NCBI RefSeq assembly: GCF_001194135.2
Contig: NC_068985.1
Coordinates: forward strand, 48,509,257 to 48,550,682
DNA length: 41,426 bases
Direction: 5' to 3'
Source: Octopus bimaculoides
Lineage: Eukaryota
Positions 24,260 through 36,810 of this stretch are shown here, in pieces. Position numbers and translations under genes: made by a program. Under the pieces are notes generated by a model. The model saw only the letters and a list, made by a program, of their open reading frames with translations. It did no database searches and was not told the DNA's origin. Each line of letters begins with the position of its first letter. Position 1 is the first letter of the stretch.

Positions 24260-24902
24260 TTCATATATATCCACATATACGAATGAGTAGACAAACGGAA
24301 GGTATTGGCATACAACACATTTGCTACATATATTAATTAATAACAGTTTGACAAAGCTCCACACAACTTGAGGTTTCGCAGGCTCATTAAACGAACCTAA
24401 CACGTCAGGCTTGTAGAGACCGATTGAAACAATTCCAAAATGCCTTCCAGATATTGGGCCGCTATCGGTCGACGCAGCTCTCATTGTGCTATAAGTATGA
24501 GAGCAACATCAATTCCAACTTTATTCCTAGGACCACGTGCTAGGAAAGGATGTTGGTAGCTGGCGTATTTGGGAGATGGTGTATTGTTTATTAGCGACAT
24601 CAGTTCGTTGGTATGTTTGAGGAAAAGTTATTAAACTTATCCAAAAATTGATCAATTCAAAACTATCTGAATTATTTTATGATTTTTTAGTCAGTCCCCT
24701 TTCCTGCTTTCAAACTGTGTATATTGTGAAGTGAAAATTTATAGTGGCTCGATGTATTTGGCGTGATAGCTTGTGTGCACTTAATTATAATTGTATTCTA
24801 AACAATTATATATTGCTATATATGAATTTTATCTAAAAGGCTATTTTTTATATTGTGGTCATTGATAAAATTCATTAACTTTAATGATTTTAGCGTGTGT
24901 TA

Positions 24903-25257
24903 ATCCCCAGCTAGTGATGAAAACTCACTCCATTCGCAAAATACAATATGCTTTTTCCAGCGACAAACTGTCACTGATCTCGAAAAAGGAGAAATACTAA
25001 TCAGACACAGAGTGTGTCGTTAGCCAGCTAGAAGAGGTGTCTTCCTGAGGCTATAAACGTCAGTAGCACTGTCCTATATAAGACGCCACATTTGGTTGGC
25101 AATTATACGTTACAATTCCGTATTGCTACTGTTTATATCTCACTCAGAGATTTAATATAGCTTATTTCTTCCTTTTCGAGAGCAGCGACAGTTTGTCGCT
25201 GGAAAAAAATATATAGTATTTTGCGAGTGGAGTGAGTTTGCATCAATATCTGGTGAT
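24903..25257. mobile_element. MITE-like inverted-repeat element (~95-bp arms, ~160-bp spacer)
   Basis: aaactcactccattcgcaaaatacaatatgctttttccagcgacaaactgtcactgatctcgaaaaagg (24921-24989) is the reverse complement of 25171-25239 at about 85-90% identity. No clear TSD. Confidence 0.7.
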
Positions 25258-25420
25258 GTGTATGTCAATACACTGAGGACGGGTAACCACCCAGAAACTC
25301 GATTACATGTGTATCATGTAGGCTACAGATGGAAGCGATTACCACCCCTCGCAAATACTAATCGGACACAGAAAGTGTGTGGTTAGCCAGTTGGAAAAGA
25401 CGTCTTCCGGAGGCTATAAA
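24992..25420 (+). repeat. ~67-bp direct repeat pair (24992-25057 and 25353-25420), each ending in TATAAA
   Basis: aaatactaatcagacacagagtgtgtcgttagccagctagaagaggtgtcttcctgaggctataaa versus aaatactaatcggacacagaaagtgtgtggttagccagttggaaaagacgtcttccggaggctataaa. Confidence 0.9.
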
Positions 25421-26190
25421 GGTATGCATTCTAAATGGATATTCCTGATTCTACTAAGATGCAACTACTTTAAATAAAGCCGTAACTCAAAATCATTTAT
25501 AGCAAAGTTATACAATGATCATAAACTGTATCTAATCCTCAAATACTAAAGTTTCAGGGTTTTGATATGAAACTAAATCTATAGATACTATACTAGATAC
25601 TAAAAATAACATAAAATCGTTCTATATTAAACAATAGTCCATGCCTGAATCTGATCTCCCTCGTGATCCTATAATACCCCTCAATCAACACGCAATCTGT
25701 ACCACAAAGCTAAATCCAGAACACGAAATATATCATTCATCTTAATTCATACAAAATGCAAAGTTGGCACCAGAAACTAAGCTGAAACCCAGATTTTCTA
25801 GGATAGAGAATTAATGCTAAGAAGGAAGAGATATGACCATAATGCAATCTGGCAAACTGTTAAATCAAATAGTTAATGATATCAAAGTGATATTAGTCAG
25901 CCGCCAGCTAACTAACTATATTTTTTAGTACAACTAAATAACTATTATTTCTGAAAATAAACATCTTAAGCTTTATCTTAAACTGAAACCTATTAATAAA
26001 TCTAAACTGTTTCTAGTGACTTAATTAACCTATTTCAAAAACGAACTATAATTTTTTTATAGCCATAACGCGAAGCACGCAATTAAGTGAACGTTCATCA
26101 AACGCTTGATTACTAGTTTTTAAAAATAAACATGGTTGTCATTAACCTGGAATTAAACCCCTTTATAAACTAACATTTTGTTTAATTAAC

Positions 26191-26245
26191 GTCAATGAAT
26201 TGGCAGAATCGTTAGAATAATTGACTGCTTTGCTGTATGTTCCGG
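26191..26245 (+). mobile_element. SINE family A head fragment
   Basis: gaattggcagaatcgttagaa matches the family A head. Confidence 0.4.
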
Positions 26246-27091
26246 TTTTCTTAATTTGGAATTGTTCCCACTCACTCCATATTTATATTGCTATTCTAAA
26301 TGGGAAGCTTGTAGATTTATTACAGAGCGCAAGGTTATTAGGTCTGGTATTTAAATAAATAAAACACTCTTTGAAATATGACAAACTCATATTTATTATG
26401 AACTGTTTGGAAACTGCTAAATTTACAATCCAAATATTACATATCTTGAATATTTGGAAATTTTCAAAATTGTATATTTAATATTTCGGCAAGTATTCCT
26501 TATCTAGATATTTCTAAACTTCACTGGGTATCACAAACTATTGATGATAGATTTCTGTAATAATGGACATTTTCAGGCGAGGATAAGAAGTATTCAGATG
26601 CCTATGATTTTATTTTATCATTTTCATTGTATTATCAAGAGAAAAAGCGGTGTTTATGAATCTTCCCGCTGCACCTGAGACTAATGGGAGAGATAGAGAC
26701 TAATGGGAAAAAGCATTACTAAGCCAGAAGCCTGTTTCGAATGCTTGCAACAGAGAAAGGCAGCTGAGGGACCAAGCGGTAATTTTAAACAGGGAGATGA
26801 GTTAACTTTCCTGCCAAAGTCATTGGTGTTATTTAAAGTCAAAAGGCAAAAATGAATAAGTAAATACACGTAACAAACACCGCTAAGAATTTTTTCCAAC
26901 GTTCTAAACAGCAATCAGTCCAGTCCCACGAACAGGTATTATGTAACGGACCCTGAAATGATAACATGCAAATTATCGATATTGGTGTTTCAACTCAGAG
27001 CTATAAGAAATTCCGCAAGACATTCTGCCCTTCACTCCAACATCTCTGGCAATTCACAGACTTATACCGAAGTGAAAAGATATCTGATATC

Positions 27092-27298
27092 GAGATCAAA
27101 TTTGGCACAAAACCTGCAACTTCGGGTGTGACAGTAAGTCGAATACCAGTGTTCAACTGGTACTTATTTTATCGACCCCGATAGGATGAAAGGTAAAGTC
27201 ACCCTCGGCAGAATTCGAACTCAGAACATGAAAACGGATGAAATTCCGCTAAGTATTTTGCCAGGCGTGCTAAAGATTCTGCCGAGCCGACTCGCCAT
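27092..27298 (-). mobile_element. SINE family A
   Basis: aaatttggcacaaaacc...ctggtacttattttatcgaccccgataggatgaaaggtaaagtc...gaactcagaac...ccgctaag...gattctgcc. Confidence 0.85.
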
Positions 27299-27590
27299 CT
27301 CGAAAACATATTCTAATATTACGAGGGTAACTCAGCAACATCTCATATTTCATGAAAAACAATTTATCAGAGAAACCTAGAAAACCTATGCTTAAAGCAT
27401 TAGATATTGGCCTTAATAATGTAGTCATTTAATAAATGGTTTTGTTCTCTATGGCATATTTGGCATGCATTGTAGTTAATATGGCTACTGACTAAAATTT
27501 AAAATTAAAATGACTAGTATTAAGTAAACTAGCATTGTATAATTTGGTTGTGATCAAACATAGGCTTAAAATACGAAATTTTCTGCAAAT

Positions 27591-27720
27591 TACGAGGTGC
27601 GTTCAAAATGTATATGACTTCATTTTTTTCATGCCAAATCTAACTGCTCGTGGGCAAAATCTTGTGGAATGTGACGTCACCCTTCTTGTGCATGCTTGAT
27701 CACGCACGCTACTTTCATTC
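27591..27720 (+). mobile_element. Mariner-type left end (TA + CGAGG terminal repeat start)
   Basis: TACGAGGTGCGTTCAAAATGTA resembles mariner TIR starts; no matching right end found. Confidence 0.4.
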
Positions 27721-27739
27721 AATAATAGTAATAATAATC

Positions 27740-27942
27740 TGTTCTACTATAGGCACAAGTCCTGAAATTTGTGTGTAGGGGGATTTTCCATTACATCGAC
27801 ACCAGTACTCAACAGCTACTTATTTTTATCAAGCCCGAAAGGATGAAAGGCAAAGTCGACTTCGGTGGAATCTGAACATAACGACAGTCGAAACAATTAT
27901 AAGTATTTCGTCCACGTGTCAACAGTTCTGCCAGCTCTTGCC

Positions 27943-27944
<2 letters not shown>
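27740..27944 (-). mobile_element. SINE family A embedded in (AAT)n
   Basis: ttctactataggcacaagtcctgaaattt...gcccgaaaggatgaaaggcaaagtcgacttcggtggaat...gttctgccagctcttgcctt, with AAT repeats on both sides. Confidence 0.85.
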
Positions 27945-28030
<86 letters not shown>

Positions 28031-28062
28031 TAATAATGATAATATTAATAATGATAATAATG

Positions 28063-28112
<50 letters not shown>

Positions 28113-28160
28113 CATAATAATCATAATAATAATGATGACGATGATGATGATGATGATGAT
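27945..28160. repeat. (AAT)n grading to (GAT)n microsatellite
   Basis: Direct reading; source of the poly-I ORFs. Confidence 0.97.
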
Positions 28161-28434
28161 GCTTTCAGTTATTTACGACAAGGACGAAGGATGAGGGGGA
28201 CAATACAGAGACAGACATAAAGTGTGGGTGTATACATATAATAATGAAATGATGAATAAAATTTGAAAGAATAAAAAGTATCACGGTATACACTGTAAAA
28301 GAAGAGACATATGCATAGCATACACGATAAAAGAATAAAATAGTAGGTAGGATGATAGAGATGTAGCACTCTTGATACAGGAACGCCTCTAGGAAACACC
28401 GAGGAACGCCACTGTCCAAGTTTTCCCTGAAAAT

Positions 28435-29348
28435 CTAGGAGCCAGTGCCCTCTCCCATTTCTTTCCTTCGATTCACAGGTCTACACTTAGAGAAGTACCA
28501 TCTACTCTTCATTTAGGTAACATTCATCCACCTTTCAAAGACTCACTCGAGGACAGCACTTCCCTCTCTACTCTCAATTTCTTTTTCAAGTGAAACTTGA
28601 AAAAGTCAATGAGAGCTCTACCAAAGAGAAATGTATTTGTCCTCATGCCTTTCAGCCTTGTCCAACAAACAACCCATTTCGCTGCAGCCACCAGGCAAAG
28701 GAAAACTGCCTTCCTTCCCCGATTGAAGGAGGGCAGCGGTTTGATCATCACTACAAATTCGGCTGATGGACGGATCTGTCCCACACGTGACAGCAGCAGT
28801 TCAACATAACCCACAAGTAAGCAATGCCCGGACACTGAACGATGGCGTGCAGAAAAGCTTCGTCATTCAACGCGCAACTCGGACAAGTCCGTCTGACAGC
28901 ACATCCATGCCTGTAGAGCTTATCTCGAACCGGTAGCGCTCTCTGGTAGACTGCCAGGTCAAGGATATCTGGAAATTATCCACGATAGTTCCCGACGGGA
29001 AAGTCGTCCGGAAAAGACAAGCCAGTTCGTTCTCGTCGGCGCCCTGAGTCACTCACAAGAATGTCGTCTCACTTCTCCACCACTAATCCTCTGTGAATTT
29101 CTAAAGAGGTACCTCCACCGGTCTTACTGCCCGACTGTAAGAGGGCTATGGGCGCCTGACAACATTCTAGGAACCAGGCACCCAGTCTTAGTCTTTTCTT
29201 GACCCTGCAGATCCATCAAGGAGACGAGCTGCGGAAAGATGAGCCTCACAAATGGGGCCCACACACGCTCACCGTGCAGAAATCGTTTCAGGTGGCATAA
29301 CGCAAGACCATGCTTGCGCATTAGGAATTACAGCATACCTAATCAATT
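28435..29348 (-). mobile_element. Tx1/L1-clade LINE ORF2 C-terminal fragment plus short 3' UTR (frameshifted)
   Basis: Minus-strand pieces: (G)LGML*FLMRKHGLALCHLKRFLHGERVWAPFVR; DNFQISLTW; ALPVRDKLYRHGCAVRRTCPSCALNDEAFLHAIVQCP (CCHC knuckle); VFLCLVAAAKWVVCWTRLKG...FFKFHLKKKLRVEREVL. Confidence 0.85.
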
Positions 29349-30199
29349 CCATATAGCCACAACAGAAGTTGCTGGAAAAAATAGTTGGGATTAGCTGAGG
29401 AGAGGAACACTAAAAAGAAGAGACCAAGAGCACTACACTGGCAGTGCAAGACCAAGATTTGGCTACGAACTGGTGGATCAACCCTAAGAACGAGCAAGTG
29501 TCTCCGCTGTGCCGCATCTACAATAGGGTGGATGAAACCATTGCCCATATCACGAATGAATGCCCTAGAGTTGCCAAAAACCACTACAAATTGTGGCGAC
29601 AGGATCAGATAGCGAAAGTGCTACACTGGAAACTGTGCGAAAAGTGGAAGCTAGAGAGAAGCAAGACGTGGTATGAGCACAAACCACAGAGAGGGGCGGA
29701 GTTTGAGACTAGTAAAATCTTCTGGGATGTCCCAGTCCAAACAGATCAGGTGTTAGGGTGTTAGAGCATAACAAACTGCACCTAGTGGTGATGGACAAGG
29801 CGCACAACATATGCTATATAGTTGATGTTCCATGCCCCTTTGACCCACGAATAGTCAAGAAGGAAGTCGAAAAGACAGATAAATACAACCCTTTTAAGTA
29901 CGAAATAGCCCGGCTATGAAAAATGAAGGTGAAGTTAGTGCCAATTATTGTTGGGTGCTTGGGAAGTGTATCAGAAGGCATCAAGGGGAATATAAAGTAT
30001 ATTAGAATAGAGTGTCCCGTAGGACTGTTACAAAATGTTTGCTTCCTTGGTACGGCCAGAATAGTCAGGAAAGTATTAAATAGCTGAAAAGAACGGATAG
30101 CATAATACCGTAGGCAGCAGGTAGCAAGCCCGCTATGCATGCAAGACTCTAGGATTTCCAACAAAACCTGTGATAATGAGAAATAATAATAAGAATAAT
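29344..30199 (+). mobile_element. R4/Dong-clade LINE 3' fragment: zinc knuckle, restriction-like endonuclease, 3' UTR and (TAA)n tail
   Basis: QFHIATTEV..SWD*LRRGTLK.ET....AVQDQDLATN; CRIYNRVDETIAHITNECP...HWKLC; K.HLVVMDK..CYIVDVPCPFD..IVKKEVEKTDKY (degenerate PD-(D/E)xK); LGTARIVRKVLNS* ending at 30087; AATAATAATAAGAATAAT at 30182-30199. Confidence 0.9.
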
Positions 30200-31186
30200 T
30201 TTAACAGCACATTTCGAAGCAGATCCAATTATACATAAGAGCATGTAATGTATTGCGTTAAATATCACTTGGAACAGAAAAGGTGCCGAAGTTTCCATGC
30301 AGGATTGAAACTGCAGGTTCTTCAAGTTCTGCATGAAGCATTCGACTTCTTTTTATATTCTTTTATATTTAAAGGTTGTTTAACCCAATATATCTCATAC
30401 TATCGCTTATAACTGGGTTTACTTTAATGCCCACAGTTAGAAGACATTACTTCAAGTTTTCTCGATGCTTCGTATCATCATGGTGTAAAGAATCATCATT
30501 TTTCTCCTCACGTAACTTTAGCTTTAATGTTTTTCTGAGAAAAATCGATCCTGCTAGATTTCACACTTAATTTATTGAATTATCATATAACATTGCTTCT
30601 TATACGTATTGTACAAGAGTGATGATTTTGCGATCACTAATCTTGCAAGTGCGAGAAATATTATACGCTTCTGAAGAGGACTAAGATAGAAACATATACA
30701 AAGTTGTCACTCGTATTTGCTAAAATCATATTAGTTTCCTAAGGACATAATTATTATAGACAGAAAATCTTTCGCCGCTATGGTGCTTATATTTTCTTTT
30801 CTTCACAACATGATTATTAGAGATAAAAATTTTGTCATCGCTATATTTAAATATAATGACACTGACTTGCAAAGTAACGACAATATGTTACGTAGACGTT
30901 TGTTTCTATGGTTACACTAAAATTAGCTTTTAAATAGAGTTCCTTGCATTCCTAAGATATCTACATGTGTATAGTTTGGCTTATTACTACTGAATCTAGG
31001 CTTCTAATAAATATTGATACTGCAATATTATTTTAGATATGCTGACAGAGTTTTCCCTATTCTTATCAATGTTTATATATTTGTTTTATATTGATATTGT
31101 AAGATTTTTTCGTTGTAGTTTTTGTTGTGGGCGTTGTGGGTATCATAGTTATGGCAGCTATCTATCTGCTTACACACACACACACA

Positions 31187-31274
<88 letters not shown>

Positions 31275-31433
31275 CTCTCTGTCCCGCCTCCACACACTCA
31301 TACACGCAGAGGCTATGCCAATTGGCAGACAACATAATTGGTTAACGTGGTAGTGGTGTTGGTGTTACAGAATTATTATATTGATTAGGAAAATTAATAA
31401 GATTGATTATTTCACAAACTGTTTCTTTATAGC

Positions 31434-31497
<64 letters not shown>

Positions 31498-32075
31498 GGT
31501 GTGTGGGAGTGCTTGTGTGTGTGTATGCGTGCATGCATGAGTGCGTGTGTATCTATGGAAATGCAAGAAGTTATCTCTTACGGTAGTAGACAGTGAGTAC
31601 CACGCCTCACTTAATTTAAAGACAGAATAGTAAAAGACTATTACACATTCATACACATATATAGCTACATTTCAGCATATATATTTGCATGTGTGCGTGT
31701 CTTGTTTGTGTGAGTGCTTGTGTGTGTGAGTGTGCGTGTACGTGTGTGTGCGTGCATGTATGTATGTATGTATGTATGTATATATATGTTTATGTAGACG
31801 TTAATCTATATTTGATTGTGAATATCTGTTTGTGCATTTGTAGCCTTTGAAAAGGCACATATTGTCAATTCTTTCCATAAAAAAATATCAGGCTGGGTTC
31901 CAATGAAATTACTGAAATACATGAGAGAAACTTCAGTAACTAGAGTAGTGAAGAGTTACATCTTAAAATTAGAATACCTTCCTTATATTCACAGCTTCAC
32001 CTATACTTTATGCTTACAAATTCCGAGTTAGAAGGACTTTACATATAGTTATTGGAATGCAAGTGGCACAAAATT

Positions 32076-32280
32076 GGTTTCAAATTTTGGCATAAGGAGG
32101 AGGGATTAAGTCGATTACATCAACCCCAGTTTTTTTAATGGCATTTATTTTATCGACCTCGAAAGAACAAAAGATAATGTTGACCACGGCAGAATTAGAA
32201 CTCAGTAGGTAAAGATAGACGAAATGCCGCTAAGCATTTTGCGTGACGAACTAACTGTTCTGCTTGCTCGCCGCCTTCCC
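32076..32280 (-). mobile_element. SINE family A with 14-bp target-site duplication
   Basis: Family A body flanked by AGTGGCACAAAATT (32062-32075) and AGTGGTACAAAATT (32281-32294). Confidence 0.88.
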
Positions 32281-33310
32281 AGTGGTACAAAATTAAAAAC
32301 TATTCTTCTATCAAATTATATTATTGTAAAAATGATTACTTACAAACGTAATACATTAGTAATGTAGATGTGGACAATGCTTTGAATTGGTGCTTACAAC
32401 TGTGTTTTCGTAATGGATACCTAAAAAGGCTGAATTTATTTAAATATACCGTATGAGTCAATGTAAAATATTTCAATGATGAAATCTTTCAAAACGCTTC
32501 CTTTTGAAGCGAAGCGTAATTTCTATCCGGTACAGTAGTCGTAATGGTGTGCGGCCTCTGATCTAAATGTTTTCTGCAGCCTCACACTTTGTTATGATGT
32601 GTACTTTTACAGACGGCAAACACTTTTCCCCTTACCCGCTTTTTTTTTCCATTTTGAAAAGAAATAAAGCAAACTATTCAATCTCAAAATGTATATGAAA
32701 CATCACTCACTACCGCTTTTTTTTCACCTCCACTCTGTGTTCTTTGAGTTTTCTCCGACACATTTCACTTGTAAAGCAAATCATATTCCTTCCCCCATTT
32801 TTTTTTGTTTTTCTTTTTGTTTAGTAGTGTTGCTCGTATTATTAGAGGTATAAATATATAGATATTGATTTTCCCCTACAATACGAATACAGAATATATC
32901 CCATATGTCAATGAAGCGCTGTAGTGTAATACACTAAAAAGCGATTATGATAGGAACTTGATTTTAAACCTATGTGTGTGTGGGACAGAGTGTATACATT
33001 TAGGGATTCCTTAAAAATAGAAACGTGTTGCATATTTGTATTTAATGCTGTCCCCGTTGTAAGTTTCCCTTTCTGCACCAATTGATAAACTAGACATAAG
33101 TTTTAATATAAGACGTACCACTACGATCATNNNNNNNNNNNNNNNNNNNNNNNNNNNNNNNNNNNNNNNNNNNNNNNNNNNNNNNNNNNNNNNNNNNNNN
33201 NNNNNNNNNNNNNNNNNNNNNNNNNNNNNNNNNNNNNNNNNNNNNNNNNNNNNNNNNNNNNNNNNNNNNNNNNNNNNNNNNNNNNNNNNNNNNNNNNNNN
33301 NNNNNNNNNN

Positions 33311-34100
33311 AAAAAAAAACCAAGGCTTTGAAAATTTTAGAACATTTATAAAGAGAAGGTCTTACAACTTTTTCCAAGATATTCATTATATCCCTTCCTT
33401 GGAGACGGTGAGAAAATGGTTAAGCAATAGTTAATTTAGTTAAGATACGAAATAGAGAGTGAAGTGGAGGAATGAAAATAGATGTGAGATACGCAAGAAT
33501 ATTGTATTTGTAGATCCATTATTTAGGTAGAATGGTATACATATAAGATTCCAATACCTTGTGAGTAAAATCTAGTAAAATTAGTATCTAAATTGGTCAT
33601 TCTAAGTATAAAGTATGTACACAATGATATTGAGTGAAGGGTTTTATTTAGAGTGACCTAAAAGTAGGGAATGTATTTGTAAGGTCAAATCGAAAACAGG
33701 AAGTGAGGATTAAAGAAAAGAGAAAAAAGATAAGAAAAAGAAAAGAAAAAAGAAAAAAACAGGAAGAGAGGAATAAAGACAAGAAAAAAAGAAGAAAGAA
33801 AAACAAGGAGAGAGATAATAAGGGGAAACGTACCAGTTAGTGGTCAGTCAAGATAATTTGAAAGTAGGAATGCGGAGATGAGGGTGATAGAGAAAGAAAG
33901 GTGTAAAAAGATAGAAGGAATGGGGGCGATAAAGAGAGAGAGAGTTTTAAACAGTAAAGGAGTGTCAGTTATGTAGGGATAGAGTCTAAGTGATGGGGCA
34001 GAGAGAGGGGTAGTAGTATGGAATGAAGAATTTAGGAATATGGACTAGGTGGTTGGACAGGTCAGTGCTTAGTAGTAGAAGAAAATATATATGTGAAGAT
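33311..34100 (-). mobile_element. Penelope-like 3' tail/pseudo-LTR in inverted orientation
   Basis: Pyrimidine-rich minus-strand tail leading into a hammerhead-like motif at 33359-33406; lies directly upstream of a plus-strand PLE RT fragment. Confidence 0.55.
33359..33406 (-). ncRNA. Degenerate minimal type I hammerhead ribozyme
   Basis: Minus strand GTCT-CCAAGGA-AGGGATAT-aatga-ATATCTTG-GAAA-AAGTTG-TA-AGAC: 4-bp stem I (GTCT/AGAC), 7-bp stem II, UA cleavage dinucleotide. The core CUGAGGA is altered to CCAAGGA. Confidence 0.5.
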
Positions 34101-34265
34101 GTATACATATGCATAAATTAGACATGTATATATATATATATATATATATAAATATACNNNNNNNNNNAGACATGTATATATATATATATATATATATAAA
34201 TATACAGGTGTTGATACATATCAATATCTACATATACAACTCGTACTCATGTGTATATGTACACA

Positions 34266-34750
34266 TGCACACCCATACGCCTAATATGCCCCATCAAATC
34301 CGGCCTAGGAAGGGTAAGCAAAAACATTTTGAACAATATAATACCAATCGTCAAGGACAAATTAAACGTGAACCTATGGTCCCACACTGTTGAAGTTATT
34401 ACATGGTTCCACCTTCTAAAAACCAAAAACTCATATTCCTTCCTACAATTTGACATAAATAATTACTACTCATCTATTTCTCCTAAACTTCTTAATCAAG
34501 CTCTTTTCTAGCTAGGAACCTTACTAACCTAACCCCACAAAAAATTACCATAATACGTAATGCCTGCAAGACCCTTATTTCTTTTGAAAGTTAACTCTGG
34601 TGCCGGCCAATAATTATAGCAACCTATTCGACCTAACCATGGGATCATCTGATTCAGCTCAGGCCACTGACTTACTTATTTGGACTATATATACTACATC
34701 AGCTCCAAATATGTTTCCCTAACACGAAGGGAGGCCTATACAGGATTGTG
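34266..34750 (+). mobile_element. Penelope-like reverse transcriptase fragment
   Basis: PIRLICPIKSGLGRVSKNILNNI...VNLWSHTVEVITWF...SFLQFDINNYYSSISPKLLNQAL; NLFDLTMGSSDSAQATDLL.GLYIL...GGLYR (broken at the YRDD motif). Confidence 0.9.
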
Positions 34751-35524
34751 TATAATATTTATATGCCTATGTTCTGAATATTGTTGAAATAGAATGAATA
34801 TCCGGTACCGAATATTAGTAATTCCAATAAAAGTATATTGTAACCTAATTATATAGTCGAGGAAATAAAATATTCATTAGAAAGGAATCACGTCGAAAGA
34901 CATCAAAGAATACAGACAAAAGAAAAGAAGGAGAGAGTGAGAGAGATGGGTAGAGAGAGACGAAGGTGGAGAGAATGATTGGAAAAGATATAGACTTGAG
35001 AGAGGGACAGGGATTGGGCGAGAGAGTGATTGTCAAAGAGAGGTAAAAATACTTTTGACATGTTTTTTTTTTAATGAAATGGCGTCCATCCAGTGTAAAC
35101 TTGAAGCAAAAATTTGAGTGCATTACCTGTAAGAACACACACGCCAGACAATAGATCTTCCTTCTTATCGAATATTCATAAATGAGTGTGTAACACTCTA
35201 TATCAGACGTTCTTACTGAAGCGTAACAAGTGGTATCGAAGTGCGATGGGTTAGTTTGAAAATGAAAGTTATGCTCTTATAAAATATCGTGTAATGTCTG
35301 AACTTCACTAAAAATTTGGTATCTTGGTATACATTCTGATGGATGAAACAAATTAAATAATAGCTTCCGGTTTTCTGTTTTTTTCTTTTTCCTTTTTCTC
35401 TTCATTTCTAAATTTCTAACCTTGAAGCGAGTTATCTTTTGCTATTGCACCAGTATCTTTTTATTTGAAATCTAGTGCACTACTAATTGCGCGCGCGCGC
35501 GAAGGATGGATGGATGGGTGGATG

Positions 35525-35578
<54 letters not shown>

Positions 35579-35655
35579 CGGATGGATGGATGGATGGATG
35601 GATGGATGGATGGATGGATGGATGGATGGATAGATGGATGGATGGATGGATAAAC

Positions 35656-35687
<32 letters not shown>

Positions 35688-35726
35688 TGATTGATTGATT
35701 GATAATTCTGAGTGTTTGTGTGGGTG

Positions 35727-35760
<34 letters not shown>

Positions 35761-36745
35761 TGTGTGTGTATGTGTGTATGCGTCTGTGTTTAAAATGTTT
35801 ATTATTTGAACGGAATTGCACAAAATGTTTTCTGTCCTGGATTTGATACCAGTGCAAGGAAGTCGCTTATTGAGATCCTCTCCCCAATAGTTGCTTAACC
35901 AAACTGAATAGAATTTGCAATAGTTTCAAAGTAGACAGTTAAATGAAATTTTAAACAAAGATTTTTTTTAAAGCAAAACATGATTGCCCATAATTCTTAT
36001 TTATTGTCATTGTTTATTAAGAAACCTTCGTTAATCATTAAAAATTCAATATACTTAATAAAGTAAAATCACTAAAACAAAGAAATGCGCATATAAAATC
36101 CACCGTAAACTAAACAAACACACAGATACACAAACTCAATACAAAGACAGAAACGCACAAACTATCACAGGCAAACATACAAAAACACATGCATACGTGT
36201 ATATATAGACATATACGGCCAAACACTCACAAAATCAAATAATCAAACTAATCAATAGCAAGAAAAGAACAATGTTAAAATGAATTCAGACATAGTTAAC
36301 CATTGAATTAATAATATTTCATGTCTCTATGAATTCATTATTAACTGGACTATGTGATTTGCTTACAATCTGGTGTTGAGATAAAATCAAAACTTTGTTA
36401 TCGTTAGCATAATTTCACAAGTACTTCATAATTAACGCTATTAAAAATGCATAATTTCCCCATTAACCTCTAGGAACGTTGAAAGCAACTTGCACGTATT
36501 AATTTGGTAAAATTGTGGTAAAAGACAATATCCAACGAATAATTAAAATTAATCTGTATTCAATTATAATTAATAAATACATACACAAATGTATGCGTGT
36601 ACGAGAGTGTGGGTGTGAGTGTTTGTGTGTGTGTGTAAACATATACATGAATGAAATTATGCACATAACCGTTTATAAATTATGTACATAACACACTTCA
36701 TGCATAGACCAAGATACATGCATATATACATACATACATATATAC

Positions 36746-36810
<65 letters not shown>

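Noticed and set aside
26676-26712. Short direct repeat GAGACTAATGGGA x2
   Set aside because: A small local slippage duplication with no further structure.
1075-28194. Homopolymeric ORFs (poly-L/Y/N, poly-M/I/T, poly-P at 19736-19945, SL and YLSI repeats)
   Set aside because: Translations of microsatellites, with no domain content or splice context.
30200-30710. Possible further PLE endonuclease end and CTGAAGA...GAAAC motif at ~30671
   Set aside because: Protein similarity is too weak and the helices do not pair; not supportable by eye.
34119-34205. Exact duplication of agacatg(ta)n aatatac on both sides of a 10-N gap
   Set aside because: Typical unmerged contig overlap (assembly artefact).
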